Below are positions 37,304 to 49,478 of a stretch of 49,478 bases of DNA, piece by piece (the stretch's first letter is position 1; each line of letters begins with the position of its first letter). The stretch spans positions 1 to 49,478 of the forward strand of contig CAYUXV010000340.1 in the NCBI GenBank assembly GCA_964448875.1, written 5' to 3'. The translations under genes and the position numbers were made by a program. The stretch comes from an uncultured Verrucomicrobiota bacterium (lineage in GTDB: Bacteria > Verrucomicrobiota > Verrucomicrobiia > Limisphaerales > UBA1100). The notes beneath the pieces are model-generated. The model was not told the DNA's origin and did not search any database. It was given only the letters and a program-made list of their open reading frames with translations.

Positions 37304-38145
37304 TGAATGGCCTCACGGCGTTATTTCTGTTTGTGGTTTGCATAGCCGCACTTATAACTAGGCATCAACTACAAAGACGCGAACGCGCGAAGCGACGCGG
37401 CAAATTGATGTCCCGCGAATTTCCTAAAGAATGGCAGAAGCATCTTCTATCGAACGTCTCTTTATTTGCTCAATTGCCGGATGACTTAAAACGGCAGGTG
37501 GAAGGTCACACACAGATATTGCTGAATGAGAAAGTTTTTGAAGGCTATAACGGATTGAATATGACAGATGAAATTCGCGTGACAATTGCAGGGCAAGCAA
37601 GTTTTTTATTATTAAACCAAAAAGGATTTTATCCAGAAACACTTAAATCGGTAATTGTTTATCCAAGCGCATATAAAACTCGTACAGTTAAAACTGGGCT
37701 AGGCGGATTGCATACTGAAAGTGAACAGTCAGTTCTTGGCCAATCTTGGGGCTCAGGCACCGTGGTACTGGCATGGGACAATACTAAACAAAGCGCGGCC
37801 AATGCCAACGATGGCCACAATCTAGTTCTCCATGAGTTTGCTCACCAATTAGACCAGGCCAATGGTGTTGCTGACGGCACACCATTTTTAAGAAACCGTG
37901 ATCGATACTATGAATGGCGACAATCCATGTCACATACATATCAAGATTTTCTAGATGACATCGAACACGGGCGTAAAACAGTGATGGACGATTATGGCTC
38001 AACCAATCCCGCCGAATTTTTTTCAGTTGCGACTGAGACATTTTTTGAAAAGCCTCGCCAACTACAAAAACGCAGACCTGAGTTATATTTAGAATTATGT
38101 AAATATTACCGCACCGACCCTCTTAAATGGCAGCCTCATAATTAA
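37303..38145 (+). CDS. MtfA/M90-family zinc peptidase-like protein with an N-terminal TM anchor
   Basis: LVLHEFAHQLD (HExxH) and NPAEFFSVATETFFEKP match the MtfA (peptidase M90) signature. N-terminal hydrophobic helix LTALFLFVVCIAALI. The ATG overlaps the upstream TAA (TAATG). Confidence 0.7.
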   Translation: MNGLTALFLFVVCIAALITRHQLQRRERAKRRGKLMSREFPKEWQKHLLSNVSLFAQLPDDLKRQVEGHTQILLNEKVFEGYNGLNMTDEIRVTIAGQASFLLLNQKGFYPETLKSVIVYPSAYKTRTVKTGLGGLHTESEQSVLGQSWGSGTVVLAWDNTKQSAANANDGHNLVLHEFAHQLDQANGVADGTPFLRNRDRYYEWRQSMSHTYQDFLDDIEHGRKTVMDDYGSTNPAEFFSVATETFFEKPRQLQKRRPELYLELCKYYRTDPLKWQPHN

Positions 38146-38180
38146 AAACCCCATCTGCTGGATTTAAGTCCTGGCAGATG
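38144..38180 (-). terminator. hairpin terminator between convergent genes (stronger on the minus strand)
   Basis: CATCTGC (38152-38158) pairs with GCAGATG (38174-38180), extended by inner G-C and wobble pairs. On the minus strand the stem is followed by GGGTTTTTAAT, the T-run being 38148->38144. Confidence 0.5.
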
Positions 38181-38292
38181 AGGTTAATTCCCCTACAGTA
38201 GCCGATTGTTGGGGTAAATCATCATTTAATCCCATCAGACAACAGGATATCATAAGTCATGGGAAAGTTCTCGAGGGGCTGACGTTACCAAA

Positions 38293-38568
38293 TCAGTTGT
38301 TCTCTGGATGGTTTCTTTCCAGACCGACAGATTGCGCAATATCATCAAACTCTTCGACACTGCATTCCTCTATCCTCTTACCACGTTCAGCAAGTTTTTC
38401 GTTTATCTTAATTGCCTTTTCAGTCATTGAGCCGTGGGTGTTTTCACTGCCACCAAATAGGGCGAAATTTTCACCAGTGGTCACTCGCTTGTGACCATCT
38501 GAATCAAAGGCCATTCCAAGCATTATAGCCTTAGGGGGTGTTTTCTTTTGAACGGGCATACGGGCCAT
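38293..38568 (-). CDS. small conserved-looking hypothetical protein (about 91 aa)
   Basis: ORF with ATG candidates at 38568 and 38559 (MARMPVQKK..), whereas the track start at 38604 is a TTG. The sequence is hydrophilic (..DSDGHKRVTTGENFALFGGSENTHGSMTEKAIKINEKLAERGKRIEE..). It is co-directional with the SDR gene 45 nt upstream. I cannot assign a family with confidence. Confidence 0.5.
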   Translation of the reverse strand: MARMPVQKKTPPKAIMLGMAFDSDGHKRVTTGENFALFGGSENTHGSMTEKAIKINEKLAERGKRIEECSVEEFDDIAQSVGLERNHPENN

Positions 38569-38613
38569 GGATAAGGCATAGCACGAATTCCTTGCATTGA
38601 ACAAGTTAAATCA

Positions 38614-39318
38614 TCATCCCACTGTCATTGCTCGGCCATTATGGCTCGGGCCAAGATTTAGAAAAAATGGGACAGCTACCTGAGCCCATTCGTCAGGATT
38701 CTGAAAATCGGCTGCTGATGGACCAAAACAACTACGCAACATATCGGTATTAATAACACCCGGATTAACTGGTATAGCAGCCATGCCAGAAGATAATTCC
38801 TGTGCCAATGACTGCGTAAGACCTTCTATCGCCCATTTTGTAGCACAATAAGGAGCGACTTCCGGCGAGGCAGAACGCCCCCACCCTGAGCTGAAGTTAA
38901 TTATCACCCCTTTATCTCTTCGTGCCATGCTCGGCATAAAATGCCGAATGACATTAGCAACTCCCTTGATATTTACATCAATTATCTCGTCGAATTCCTG
39001 CGCCGGAATATCCCATAAAAATTTATTTCGATTTATTATTGCCGCATTATTTAACACAAAGTCAGGAGTGCCAAAATTATCAACGACATCGGCCGCCCAA
39101 TTTGCAACAGCTTTATCATCTGTCACATCAACCACAGAGCAATTATGTTTCCCTCCTAAATCCTTTGAAAGTTTTGACATGCCTTTCTCGGATCTGCTAC
39201 ATGCTGCTACAGTGTGACCTAGGCGTACAAATTCTTTTGCCATTGCACGACCCAGTCCCCGTGACGCACCCGTGATCACCACCCTCTTGCCATTCTCTTT
39301 TTCTCGTGCCAAAATCAC
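38614..39318 (-). CDS. short-chain dehydrogenase/reductase (SDR) family oxidoreductase
   Basis: TGASRGLGRAMA (TGxxxGxG), NNAA, and the catalytic YCATKWA (YxxxK). GTG start. Confidence 0.85.
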   Translation of the reverse strand: MILAREKENGKRVVITGASRGLGRAMAKEFVRLGHTVAACSRSEKGMSKLSKDLGGKHNCSVVDVTDDKAVANWAADVVDNFGTPDFVLNNAAIINRNKFLWDIPAQEFDEIIDVNIKGVANVIRHFMPSMARRDKGVIINFSSGWGRSASPEVAPYCATKWAIEGLTQSLAQELSSGMAAIPVNPGVINTDMLRSCFGPSAADFQNPDEWAQVAVPFFLNLGPSHNGRAMTVG

Positions 39319-39352
39319 AAACGGACTCTAAATCCCCCAACTTCATTGCGCA

Positions 39353-42186
<2,834 letters not shown>

Positions 42187-42327
42187 TTAGTTCGCGTGAG
42201 GGCGCATCAGCTGACTCCTGTTACGGTTTCATTAGGCACAAATCAATCGTTACGATGATGTACCCATGACAACATGAACTCTTCTGCTGACACTCCTCGC
42301 CCTTCTTAGCCGGAAGCAGCAAGCGGG

Positions 42328-42663
42328 TCAAACTTCAAACGATTTCCCACATCCGCAGCTCTGTTTTGCATTTGGATTTTTAATCTTGAATCCGCTATTA
42401 TTTAGATCATCTGAAAAATCGACAACCGTACCACGCAGATAATTAATACTAAAATCATCCACCAAAACTTGCACCCCGTGACATTCTGCCCTGTGATCCT
42501 TCTCCCTAGGGGCATCAAATACCAACCCATACTCCAATCCTGAACAGCCCCCCGCTTCCACATAAACTCGCAACAGCTTTCCCTTCTCCTCTGTTTTTAA
42601 CATCCGCTGAACCTCAGTAGCAGCGTCTGGTGTAAGAGTAACCGCATTATTAATATCGCTCAT
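42328..42663 (-). CDS. erpA: iron-sulfur cluster insertion protein (IscA/ErpA/HesB family)
   Basis: 111 aa with ..GGCSGLEYGL.. and a C-terminal SCGCGKSFEV. Confidence 0.88.
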   Translation of the reverse strand: MSDINNAVTLTPDAATEVQRMLKTEEKGKLLRVYVEAGGCSGLEYGLVFDAPREKDHRAECHGVQVLVDDFSINYLRGTVVDFSDDLNNSGFKIKNPNAKQSCGCGKSFEV

Positions 42664-42665
42664 AA

Positions 42666-45320
42666 TTAATCATTCTTTACTTTCAACAAATTATTTTCCC
42701 CCAATTCAACCCTCGATTGGTTAATTAGCACAGACAGTGCTTGCTTCATTTTTGGAAACAATTTGGATAATCGTTGGTATGTTGAGATAGCATTTTGATG
42801 TTGCCCCAATTCTTGATGCAAGCGACCGACCGCAAGGCCACTATGTTTCGCCCAAAACTGATCCATTTTATTTTCACTTATGCCTGCTCCATAAAATACT
42901 TCGTTATACAATTCCAATGCTTGTTTAGGATCTGGATCAGGTTTTCGATGCCTCAACACCTCTGCCATCCCAAGAATAGCCCTGAAACGCACAGGAGGAT
43001 CATTGTCTAGCTTGGCTGAGATGTCTCGCACAGTCCTGTACTCAGATAGTGCCTTCTCATATCTCCTATTATCGACTGCTGCCATTTGGAGATGGCAGTC
43101 ACCTATTCGACAGCGTGCCTCCAAGTTTAAAAGATCAGCTGCATTTCCAGATATGCTAGCTACTTTATTGAGTTCAGCTATGGCGGCGTCAAATCTATCT
43201 TTTTGAAGCTTGATATCTCTAATAGCGGCATTCCCCAATCCAAATGCGGCCTCGGATTTATATTCAGCCGGGCAATTCTTATCGTTTAAGATAAGCATGA
43301 AGTAAGTGCGTGCGTTATCTGCCTTATTTAGACCATTAGCAGAATGACCAGCCATAATTTTTGCCCTATATTTTAATTCGGAATTAGCGTTTGTAAATTT
43401 ACTGTATATTTTCTGATACGCGCGCTCTGCGTTTGCCAGATTCACAACATCTCCACGGTTAAAATAATGGTCTGCAATCCACATTTGAGCGTGGGCGGCA
43501 TCAGGTCGCAATTGATATTTATCAATATATTTTTTGAATGCCACCTTTGCTTTGTCATGTTCGTTGTGTCGCACAAACAACCAAGCAAGATCAAATTCAA
43601 CTCTTGCGATGAGTTCAGGCTTAGCCGTTTGGTTATGATCTACGATCCACTTTGAATATTGCTGGATAGCTTTACCCCATTCACCTTCTTGGAGCAAAGG
43701 GCGAACGGATTCTAAATCAGCTACAGCCTTTAAAGAAGTCGCCTCAGTGCCGGCATTTAGCTCTTTTAATATCGCATCTGCTCTTTTTCGATTACCTACA
43801 TCGTCGTGCGCACGAGACAGAAGCAATTGTGCACGTGCGCGATGCAACGGAGATATGAATTCCTCAAGGACATCTTCAGCTAGCTTGATTGCATCGGCAA
43901 TGGCACCGGCATTCAGATTGGAAATAGCATAAACCATCAGCAACCTTGTCCTATCTGTACATACTGCGGGGGAAGCAGAGAGACTTTCCTGGCAATGTTT
44001 AATCGCATCGACATGATTTCCATCGAGCACCATTGCTTCCGCAGCCTTGATTCGATAGGCTTGCCTTTGGCGGGGGCTACCAGCAGCCAAAAGGAAATTT
44101 TCTGCACTTAGCTTGAAGCTATTGCGCAACCATCCAACCCAGCCCAGACCTTCGCAAGCCAGCGAATCAAACTGTGATTTGCGCACCTTCTCAAAACATG
44201 CCGCAGCATGAATCAAGGCATTGGTGTTTAAATGGCCAGACTTTAAGGATACATCTATTTCCGATTGTTGCCTTAAAAATAATTCCCCAAGCGTGTATTG
44301 AACTATAGGCGAGTCGTATTCAAGCAGTAGATTATTAAATCCATTTGTTGATCCCAAAAGATCAACATTCTGACCGCTTCCTTCAGCAACCCCTAAAAGT
44401 AACTTATTTAGAATTGCATTCCGACGATGTGATGACGATGTAGCTTTATCATGAATTAGCTCGCTCCACGATTTATGTGCTTCAAGAAAATTTCCCTTTT
44501 TTGTGTGTATTTTTGCACGTATTTTTAGCAATTCTGATCGTAGCGGGTTGGAGATTTTACTCAATTGTGTATCGATAATTTTAATTGCTTCTTGATGATC
44601 CGAATCATTTGTTCCTCGGGACAGAACGTATGCTTTCAATATTTTATACCGTTCTTGAAGCAAGCTAGGTTGCCCGACATTGACGTTAGACATAATAATG
44701 GAAAATGCATCATTTTCCATGCCCTTGATATTTAGCATGGCATCAGCCAGCACAAAATTCCCAATCCTACTCAGTTCACTTTTGGGATTGGATTTTGCAT
44801 AGGCTTTGAATGGCCCTCCATTATTGCTGAGAACCTCCACAGCTTGATGCCAATGCTTCATGTTTGATTGCACAATAGATTCTGAAATACATGCCTCAGC
44901 ACGTCGTGATGGCAACTTATGGGTTTTTTTTGATTGGGAGAATAATTCAGCGGCTGCCTGATTGTTTCCAAGTCGCAATCTACATTCGGCCATCCAAAAA
45001 TTAAATTCATCTGATCGAGCTTCAGCCTGACCTAGGCTATTGCTGAGCAAGTTGTAGCATTCACGATATTTCTTCTGCATGAACAGGGCCTGCGCATTCA
45101 TCAAAAGCACTTTGGGGCGCCGGGCTATTTCCGGATTTTCATTCAAATAACGCCCCAACCAGTTGGCCGCGGTTGTCCAATTTTTATCCTCGAATGCACG
45201 TACCGCTGCTTGGTAGAGACTATCAGATCGTCCTGATTTAATCTCCTCCGGGAGATCTGCTGCTGCTGGAAATGCAAACGGCAAAAATATTCCGGCAAGA
45301 AATATGAGGAGTTTTCTCAC
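42666..45320 (-). CDS. large exported TPR-repeat protein
   Basis: Signal peptide (GTG start; RKLLIFLAGIFLPFAFPAAA), followed by about 850 aa of degenerate 34-residue helical repeats (recurrent A..Y/F....A....Y pattern). Confidence 0.7.
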   Translation of the reverse strand: MRKLLIFLAGIFLPFAFPAAADLPEEIKSGRSDSLYQAAVRAFEDKNWTTAANWLGRYLNENPEIARRPKVLLMNAQALFMQKKYRECYNLLSNSLGQAEARSDEFNFWMAECRLRLGNNQAAAELFSQSKKTHKLPSRRAEACISESIVQSNMKHWHQAVEVLSNNGGPFKAYAKSNPKSELSRIGNFVLADAMLNIKGMENDAFSIIMSNVNVGQPSLLQERYKILKAYVLSRGTNDSDHQEAIKIIDTQLSKISNPLRSELLKIRAKIHTKKGNFLEAHKSWSELIHDKATSSSHRRNAILNKLLLGVAEGSGQNVDLLGSTNGFNNLLLEYDSPIVQYTLGELFLRQQSEIDVSLKSGHLNTNALIHAAACFEKVRKSQFDSLACEGLGWVGWLRNSFKLSAENFLLAAGSPRQRQAYRIKAAEAMVLDGNHVDAIKHCQESLSASPAVCTDRTRLLMVYAISNLNAGAIADAIKLAEDVLEEFISPLHRARAQLLLSRAHDDVGNRKRADAILKELNAGTEATSLKAVADLESVRPLLQEGEWGKAIQQYSKWIVDHNQTAKPELIARVEFDLAWLFVRHNEHDKAKVAFKKYIDKYQLRPDAAHAQMWIADHYFNRGDVVNLANAERAYQKIYSKFTNANSELKYRAKIMAGHSANGLNKADNARTYFMLILNDKNCPAEYKSEAAFGLGNAAIRDIKLQKDRFDAAIAELNKVASISGNAADLLNLEARCRIGDCHLQMAAVDNRRYEKALSEYRTVRDISAKLDNDPPVRFRAILGMAEVLRHRKPDPDPKQALELYNEVFYGAGISENKMDQFWAKHSGLAVGRLHQELGQHQNAISTYQRLSKLFPKMKQALSVLINQSRVELGENNLLKVKND

Positions 45321-45333
45321 GCAAGTTATTGAA

Positions 45334-48255
45334 TCATCTTTGAGAGAAAATTCGATTCAAAAATTGACCCGTGTGGCTTTTCCTGCATTTTGCAACGAGT
45401 TCCGGCGGCCCTTCAACAACAAGTCGCCCCCCCCGATTTCCGCCTTCCGGGCCTAAATCAATTATCCAATCGGCACATTTGATTACATCCAAATTATGCT
45501 CAATTACAACCAATGTGTTACCGGAATCACGCAGCTTGAATAGCACATCCAACAATCTCGAAATGTCATGGAAATGCAATCCTGTGGTTGGTTCATCTAA
45601 TATGTATAACGTACGGCCAGTAGAACGCCGGCTCAATTCCGAGGCTAATTTTACACGTTGTGCTTCGCCGCCACTTAAAGTTGTTGCCGCCTGTCCCATT
45701 CGTATATACCCAAGCCCGACTTCAGAAAGAGTTAAGCAAATGTTATTTATCTGCGGAATTTGCCTGAAGAATGTTGCGGATTCATCAATTGTCAAATCCA
45801 GCACGTCAGCAATGTTTAATCCTTTATAATTTATCTCAAGAGTTTCTCTATTATAGCGACGCGCACCACACTCCTCGCAAGAGACATAAACAGCAGGGAG
45901 AAAGTGCATCTCAATTTTAAGCATTCCATCACCCTGGCATTTCTCACATCTACCTCCCTTAACATTAAAGCTAAACCTGCCCGGTCCATATCCGCGAATT
46001 TTTGCTGCAGGTAACTTTGCAAAAAGATCACGGATATGCGTAAACACACCAGTGTAAGTCGCCGGGTTACTGCGTGGCGTTCGCCCAATGGGTGACTGAT
46101 CAATTACTATCGCCTTGTCTAGATAGTTAACCCCCTCAATCTCCTTATGTTTTCCCGGTCGCTCCTTTGAACCGTGCCATTTTCTGTACAGTGCCTTTCG
46201 CAATACATCATCAACAAGAGTACTTTTGCCAGAGCCGCTGACCCCAGTAACACATGTGAATGTTCCAAGTGGTATTCGTGCGTCTATTTTTTTAAGGTTG
46301 TTTTCTTCCGCTTCCCGAATGATTAGCCAACCGTTTTCAGGTTGCCCAGGTGTGCGACTTCTCGGCACACTAATTTCAAATTCACCACGCAGGTATTTGC
46401 CAGTAATGGATTTTTTCGAGGAGCAAATTTTCTTTATGGAGCCTTGGGCTATCAACTCGCCACCATGCATGCCGGCACCAGGCCCAATATCGAGAATATG
46501 GTCAGCAGCACGAATAGTTTCCTCGTCATGTTCCACGACAATAACCGTGTTTCCCATATCTCGGAGTCCCTGTAATGTAGTCAACAGTCGTTCGTTATCA
46601 CGTTGGTGCAATCCTATGCTTGGCTCATCTAGAATATAGATGACACCAACCAGGCCAGCTCCAATTTGTGTAGCCAAACGAATGCGTTGTGCTTCACCAC
46701 CGCTTAAGGTGCCACTTTCACGATCCAGTGAGAGATATCCCAGCCCAACATTGGCAAGGAATCCAAGTCGGAGTTTAATTTCCTTTATCACCTCGCCTGC
46801 AATCGCCATCTGAAGCTCACTCAGCTCAAGTGAATCAATGAACTTGCACGCCTCATCAACGGTTAACTCACAGACATCCATGATTGAAAGCCCCTGAATC
46901 AAAGGTTTCTTTCGGCGGCGACCGTTGCGTTTCTTGAATTCACCATTTCCAAGTGTTACCGCAAGCATTGCCGGCTTGAGTCGACGGCCCTTGCAGATAT
47001 CGCAAGGTTGACTGTTCATGAAACTCTTGATGCGTTTCTTGGTAAACTCACTTTCCGTTTCCTGCATCAATCTCCTCATGCCCGGAATCACTCCCTCAAA
47101 TGGTCGCGTTGTCTTGCTGGATTTGCCTCCACGCCAAAAGGTAAACTCAATTTCCTCTTCCCCCGAACCATGAAGCAACACCTGTCTGAAATCCTCAGGC
47201 AATTCCTCAAAAGGTGTACTCATCGATTGTCCATAATACGATGTAACTGAACGAAGCATTTTATTGTAATAAATAATCATGCGACGACCACCTCGACGCC
47301 ATGGTGCAATGGCACCCTTCTCCAGCGTTTTATCCGGCACAGGGACAACTAGTTCCTCATCAAAAACTAGCTTTTGACCTATCCCGTGGCACGTACTACA
47401 GGCCCCAAAAGGACTGTTAAACGAAAAATGTTTTGGGGTTGGAGTATCAAAACTACGGCCGGTGGCAACACTGTACATATTCGTTGAATGCAGTGTTTCC
47501 TCCCATGAATCAGCAGATTTTTTCCCCGCCGGCTGCTGTAGTGACAGCAGTCGACCGTTGCCCCATTTCAGGCATGTCTCAACCGAATCACCTAGCCGTG
47601 CTCGTATATTTTTGCCAATCACCAGCCTGTCCACAACCACTTCGATGTTGTGTTTCTTTTTCGGGTCAATTTTCACCCGGGTATTTGCCGCCAGCTCGAC
47701 CATGTTTCCATCCACCCTGGCGCGAACGAATCCCTCTCTTGCCATTTTTTCAAGAACATCGCGAAATTCACCCTTCTGATGCTCCACGATCGGCGCAAGA
47801 AGCATAAGCCGTGTCTTATTTGGCAAAACCATCAACTTACCAATGATTTCTGTCGGGGTTTGTTTACTCATTGGTTCGCCGCTATCAGGACAGTGGGGCT
47901 GGCCGATGTGAGCATATAGCAGGCGTAAATAATCATAAATCTCAGTGGTGGTAGCGATGATTGATCGCGGACTTGCCCCTGCGCTTCGCTGTTCAATTGC
48001 GATCGTGGGAGATAGGCCCTCTATGTATTCAATCTCCGGCTTCTGCAACTGGTCGAGAAACTGACGTGCGTATGCAGATAGCGACTCCACATACTTCCGC
48101 TGGCCCTCGGCATAAATGGTGTCGAAGGCAAGAGATGACTTCCCTGATCCACTGAGGCCCGTGATGACAACGAGCTTATCTCGCGGAATCTCCAAAGTGA
48201 GATTCTTGAGGTTATGTTCGCGTGCCCCGCCTATCCTGATGACATTTGCCGCCAT
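45334..48255 (-). CDS. uvrA: excinuclease ABC subunit A
   Basis: [18 protein letters not shown].., two ABC modules ([22 protein letters not shown]), LSGGEAQR twice, and zinc-finger cysteines. I prefer ATG 48255 over 48282. Confidence 0.95.
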   Translation of the reverse strand: MAANVIRIGGAREHNLKNLTLEIPRDKLVVITGLSGSGKSSLAFDTIYAEGQRKYVESLSAYARQFLDQLQKPEIEYIEGLSPTIAIEQRSAGASPRSIIATTTEIYDYLRLLYAHIGQPHCPDSGEPMSKQTPTEIIGKLMVLPNKTRLMLLAPIVEHQKGEFRDVLEKMAREGFVRARVDGNMVELAANTRVKIDPKKKHNIEVVVDRLVIGKNIRARLGDSVETCLKWGNGRLLSLQQPAGKKSADSWEETLHSTNMYSVATGRSFDTPTPKHFSFNSPFGACSTCHGIGQKLVFDEELVVPVPDKTLEKGAIAPWRRGGRRMIIYYNKMLRSVTSYYGQSMSTPFEELPEDFRQVLLHGSGEEEIEFTFWRGGKSSKTTRPFEGVIPGMRRLMQETESEFTKKRIKSFMNSQPCDICKGRRLKPAMLAVTLGNGEFKKRNGRRRKKPLIQGLSIMDVCELTVDEACKFIDSLELSELQMAIAGEVIKEIKLRLGFLANVGLGYLSLDRESGTLSGGEAQRIRLATQIGAGLVGVIYILDEPSIGLHQRDNERLLTTLQGLRDMGNTVIVVEHDEETIRAADHILDIGPGAGMHGGELIAQGSIKKICSSKKSITGKYLRGEFEISVPRSRTPGQPENGWLIIREAEENNLKKIDARIPLGTFTCVTGVSGSGKSTLVDDVLRKALYRKWHGSKERPGKHKEIEGVNYLDKAIVIDQSPIGRTPRSNPATYTGVFTHIRDLFAKLPAAKIRGYGPGRFSFNVKGGRCEKCQGDGMLKIEMHFLPAVYVSCEECGARRYNRETLEINYKGLNIADVLDLTIDESATFFRQIPQINNICLTLSEVGLGYIRMGQAATTLSGGEAQRVKLASELSRRSTGRTLYILDEPTTGLHFHDISRLLDVLFKLRDSGNTLVVIEHNLDVIKCADWIIDLGPEGGNRGGRLVVEGPPELVAKCRKSHTGQFLNRIFSQR

Positions 48256-48307
48256 GAACGAAACCGGCAGGCTAACCCGCACTCATAAAAATTCCAAGCG
48301 TCACCGA

Positions 48308-49478
48308 TCAACGGGCTGTAATAGGTGTGTAACTCTCGATAACCACACGTGGTGATTTCGGCTTGGATTGTGCAGCAGCACCACCACCGCCCAGAAACAT
48401 ATTGGCGCCACCTGCCAATATTGCATTTATTAAGTTACTGGCACCATTTTCTCTGAATTCAGCCCATTCATTCGCGCCCTCCAACCGAAAGATGGTTCGA
48501 GCAGCTGCTTCCCCTACCACCTCATAATTTGTAATTAACCATTCATTCCCCACTCTTTCTCTATCCTTTGGTCGTAAAGCTTGACTAAACACATAAGCCA
48601 CAAAGTATGGTGTTTCCTCAACCCGCAAAAGTGATAGCGTCTGTCTAGGGATCGCCTCAAAATGCCACTCGGTTGGGTTGTTAACTATATCCAAGAACGG
48701 TGAGCCTGAGGTTAACTCTGGAGCACCAAGGATATCTGTAACGCGCGCATATGGCATTGTCCCCGTGCCAACCTGCATTTTTCTTGTGGCTTTTCGGTGG
48801 TTGTTAATCCCCATCACAATTTTGCCTAATTTGGTATCCGACGGATGAATGTGTTCTTTGGCATCGGGGTATTTCTTTTCTGAGGCATTACGGACAACCT
48901 GCACCCCGCACAAAGCTGCAGCCCAAGCTGCCCTGTTCTCCTGGTTGATGGACAGCAACCCTCTCATTGCCTCCTCAGGAGATATGTATTGCTCAGATGG
49001 AAGCGCTGCGAATTCCTCTATTAAATGATGATCATTCAATGGGACTGTCTTGCTCCATCCCTTGAATGTCGTATCGGTATTGTCTAATGGAGTGGATGCC
49101 AGTTGCCCCTCCTTATAAGCGCCATTATGACGAATGCCACCTCCGCTTCGAAGACCGCCACCATCCACCTCTCCTCGTCGCCCACGTGTTATGATCCATT
49201 CCTTCCAGAACATGTCCACTCGGTCAGGATTACCCGAGATAAGTTCTCTATATTTTTCCAGTCCATCAGATTTCAGGTAAACGGTCTGCCATGGTGTGCC
49301 TCGATGAACAAACCCCAACTCCCCCACATTGCCCAATCCACGTGTTTTTCCAGTTGATGAGTCCGTAGATACTTGGGGGAATTCCCATGAGCCCTCATTA
49401 AAAACTCCGGGATCCTTGAATGAGTGCTCAAGCGTGTTGGAGTTGTTGCTCCATGCCAAAAAGGCTTGGTTCAACCTG
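48308..49478 (-). CDS. C-terminal part (at least 389 aa) of a large uncharacterised protein; the N-terminus lies beyond the right edge
   Basis: The frame stays open to the window edge, and the M in the track is a TTG 5 nt from the end. It contains [19 protein letters not shown] and Gly-rich stretches ([37 protein letters not shown]). I cannot verify any family. Confidence 0.6.
   Translation of the reverse strand, partial: RLNQAFLAWSNNSNTLEHSFKDPGVFNEGSWEFPQVSTDSSTGKTRGLGNVGELGFVHRGTPWQTVYLKSDGLEKYRELISGNPDRVDMFWKEWIITRGRRGEVDGGGLRSGGGIRHNGAYKEGQLASTPLDNTDTTFKGWSKTVPLNDHHLIEEFAALPSEQYISPEEAMRGLLSINQENRAAWAAALCGVQVVRNASEKKYPDAKEHIHPSDTKLGKIVMGINNHRKATRKMQVGTGTMPYARVTDILGAPELTSGSPFLDIVNNPTEWHFEAIPRQTLSLLRVEETPYFVAYVFSQALRPKDRERVGNEWLITNYEVVGEAAARTIFRLEGANEWAEFRENGASNLINAILAGGANMFLGGGGAAAQSKPKSPRVVIESYTPITAR

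Overview
This is a 49.5 kb stretch of chromosomal core from a Gram-negative, LPS-making bacterium. The gene content suggests a PVC/Verrucomicrobiota-like organism (lpxC-fabZ fusion, long-form IspG, frequent GTG/TTG starts), but that placement is inference only. I can support about 42 protein genes and one tRNA (anticodon CAU), packed tightly and often with overlapping stop and start codons. I saw no CRISPR array, transposase, integrase or phage genes. The main blocks, left to right, are as follows. (1) Minus strand: an atypical Ser/Thr-kinase-like gene, an amidohydrolase_2, a BASS transporter and a DAACS transporter. (2) CPBP protease, comF, accD, a DUF3568 lipoprotein and a 1143-aa cytoplasmic hybrid histidine kinase. 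(3) HIT, phoH, ybeY and recO. (4) A minus-strand array of purA, uppS, cdsA, dxr, rseP and ispG. (5) A PHP-type histidinol phosphatase. (6) A minus-strand array of rpsO, pnp, lpxC/fabZ and lpxA. (7) The tRNA, followed by mreB, mreC, mreD, mrdA, rodA and an RNase G/E-family gene. (8) A secreted tandem alpha/beta-hydrolase translationally coupled to an MtfA/M90-like peptidase. (9) A small conserved ORF, an SDR, an ArsS-like radical SAM gene, thiC, erpA, a large TPR protein, uvrA and the C-terminal part of a large unknown protein. I did not find a convincing new multi-gene system such as a defence or mobile element. The observations most worth a second look are single-locus oddities:
- an intrinsic-terminator-like hairpin about 20 nt upstream of purA, which could be an attenuator;
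- a PNPase with a tandemly duplicated S1 domain;
- a DAACS transporter with a roughly 128-residue charged coiled-coil insert;
- a kinase-fold protein with degenerate ATP-site motifs;
- an orphan ArsS-like radical SAM gene with no arsM nearby;
- an in-frame 9-bp microsatellite in rseP.
All family assignments rest on motifs read by eye. No database search was run.
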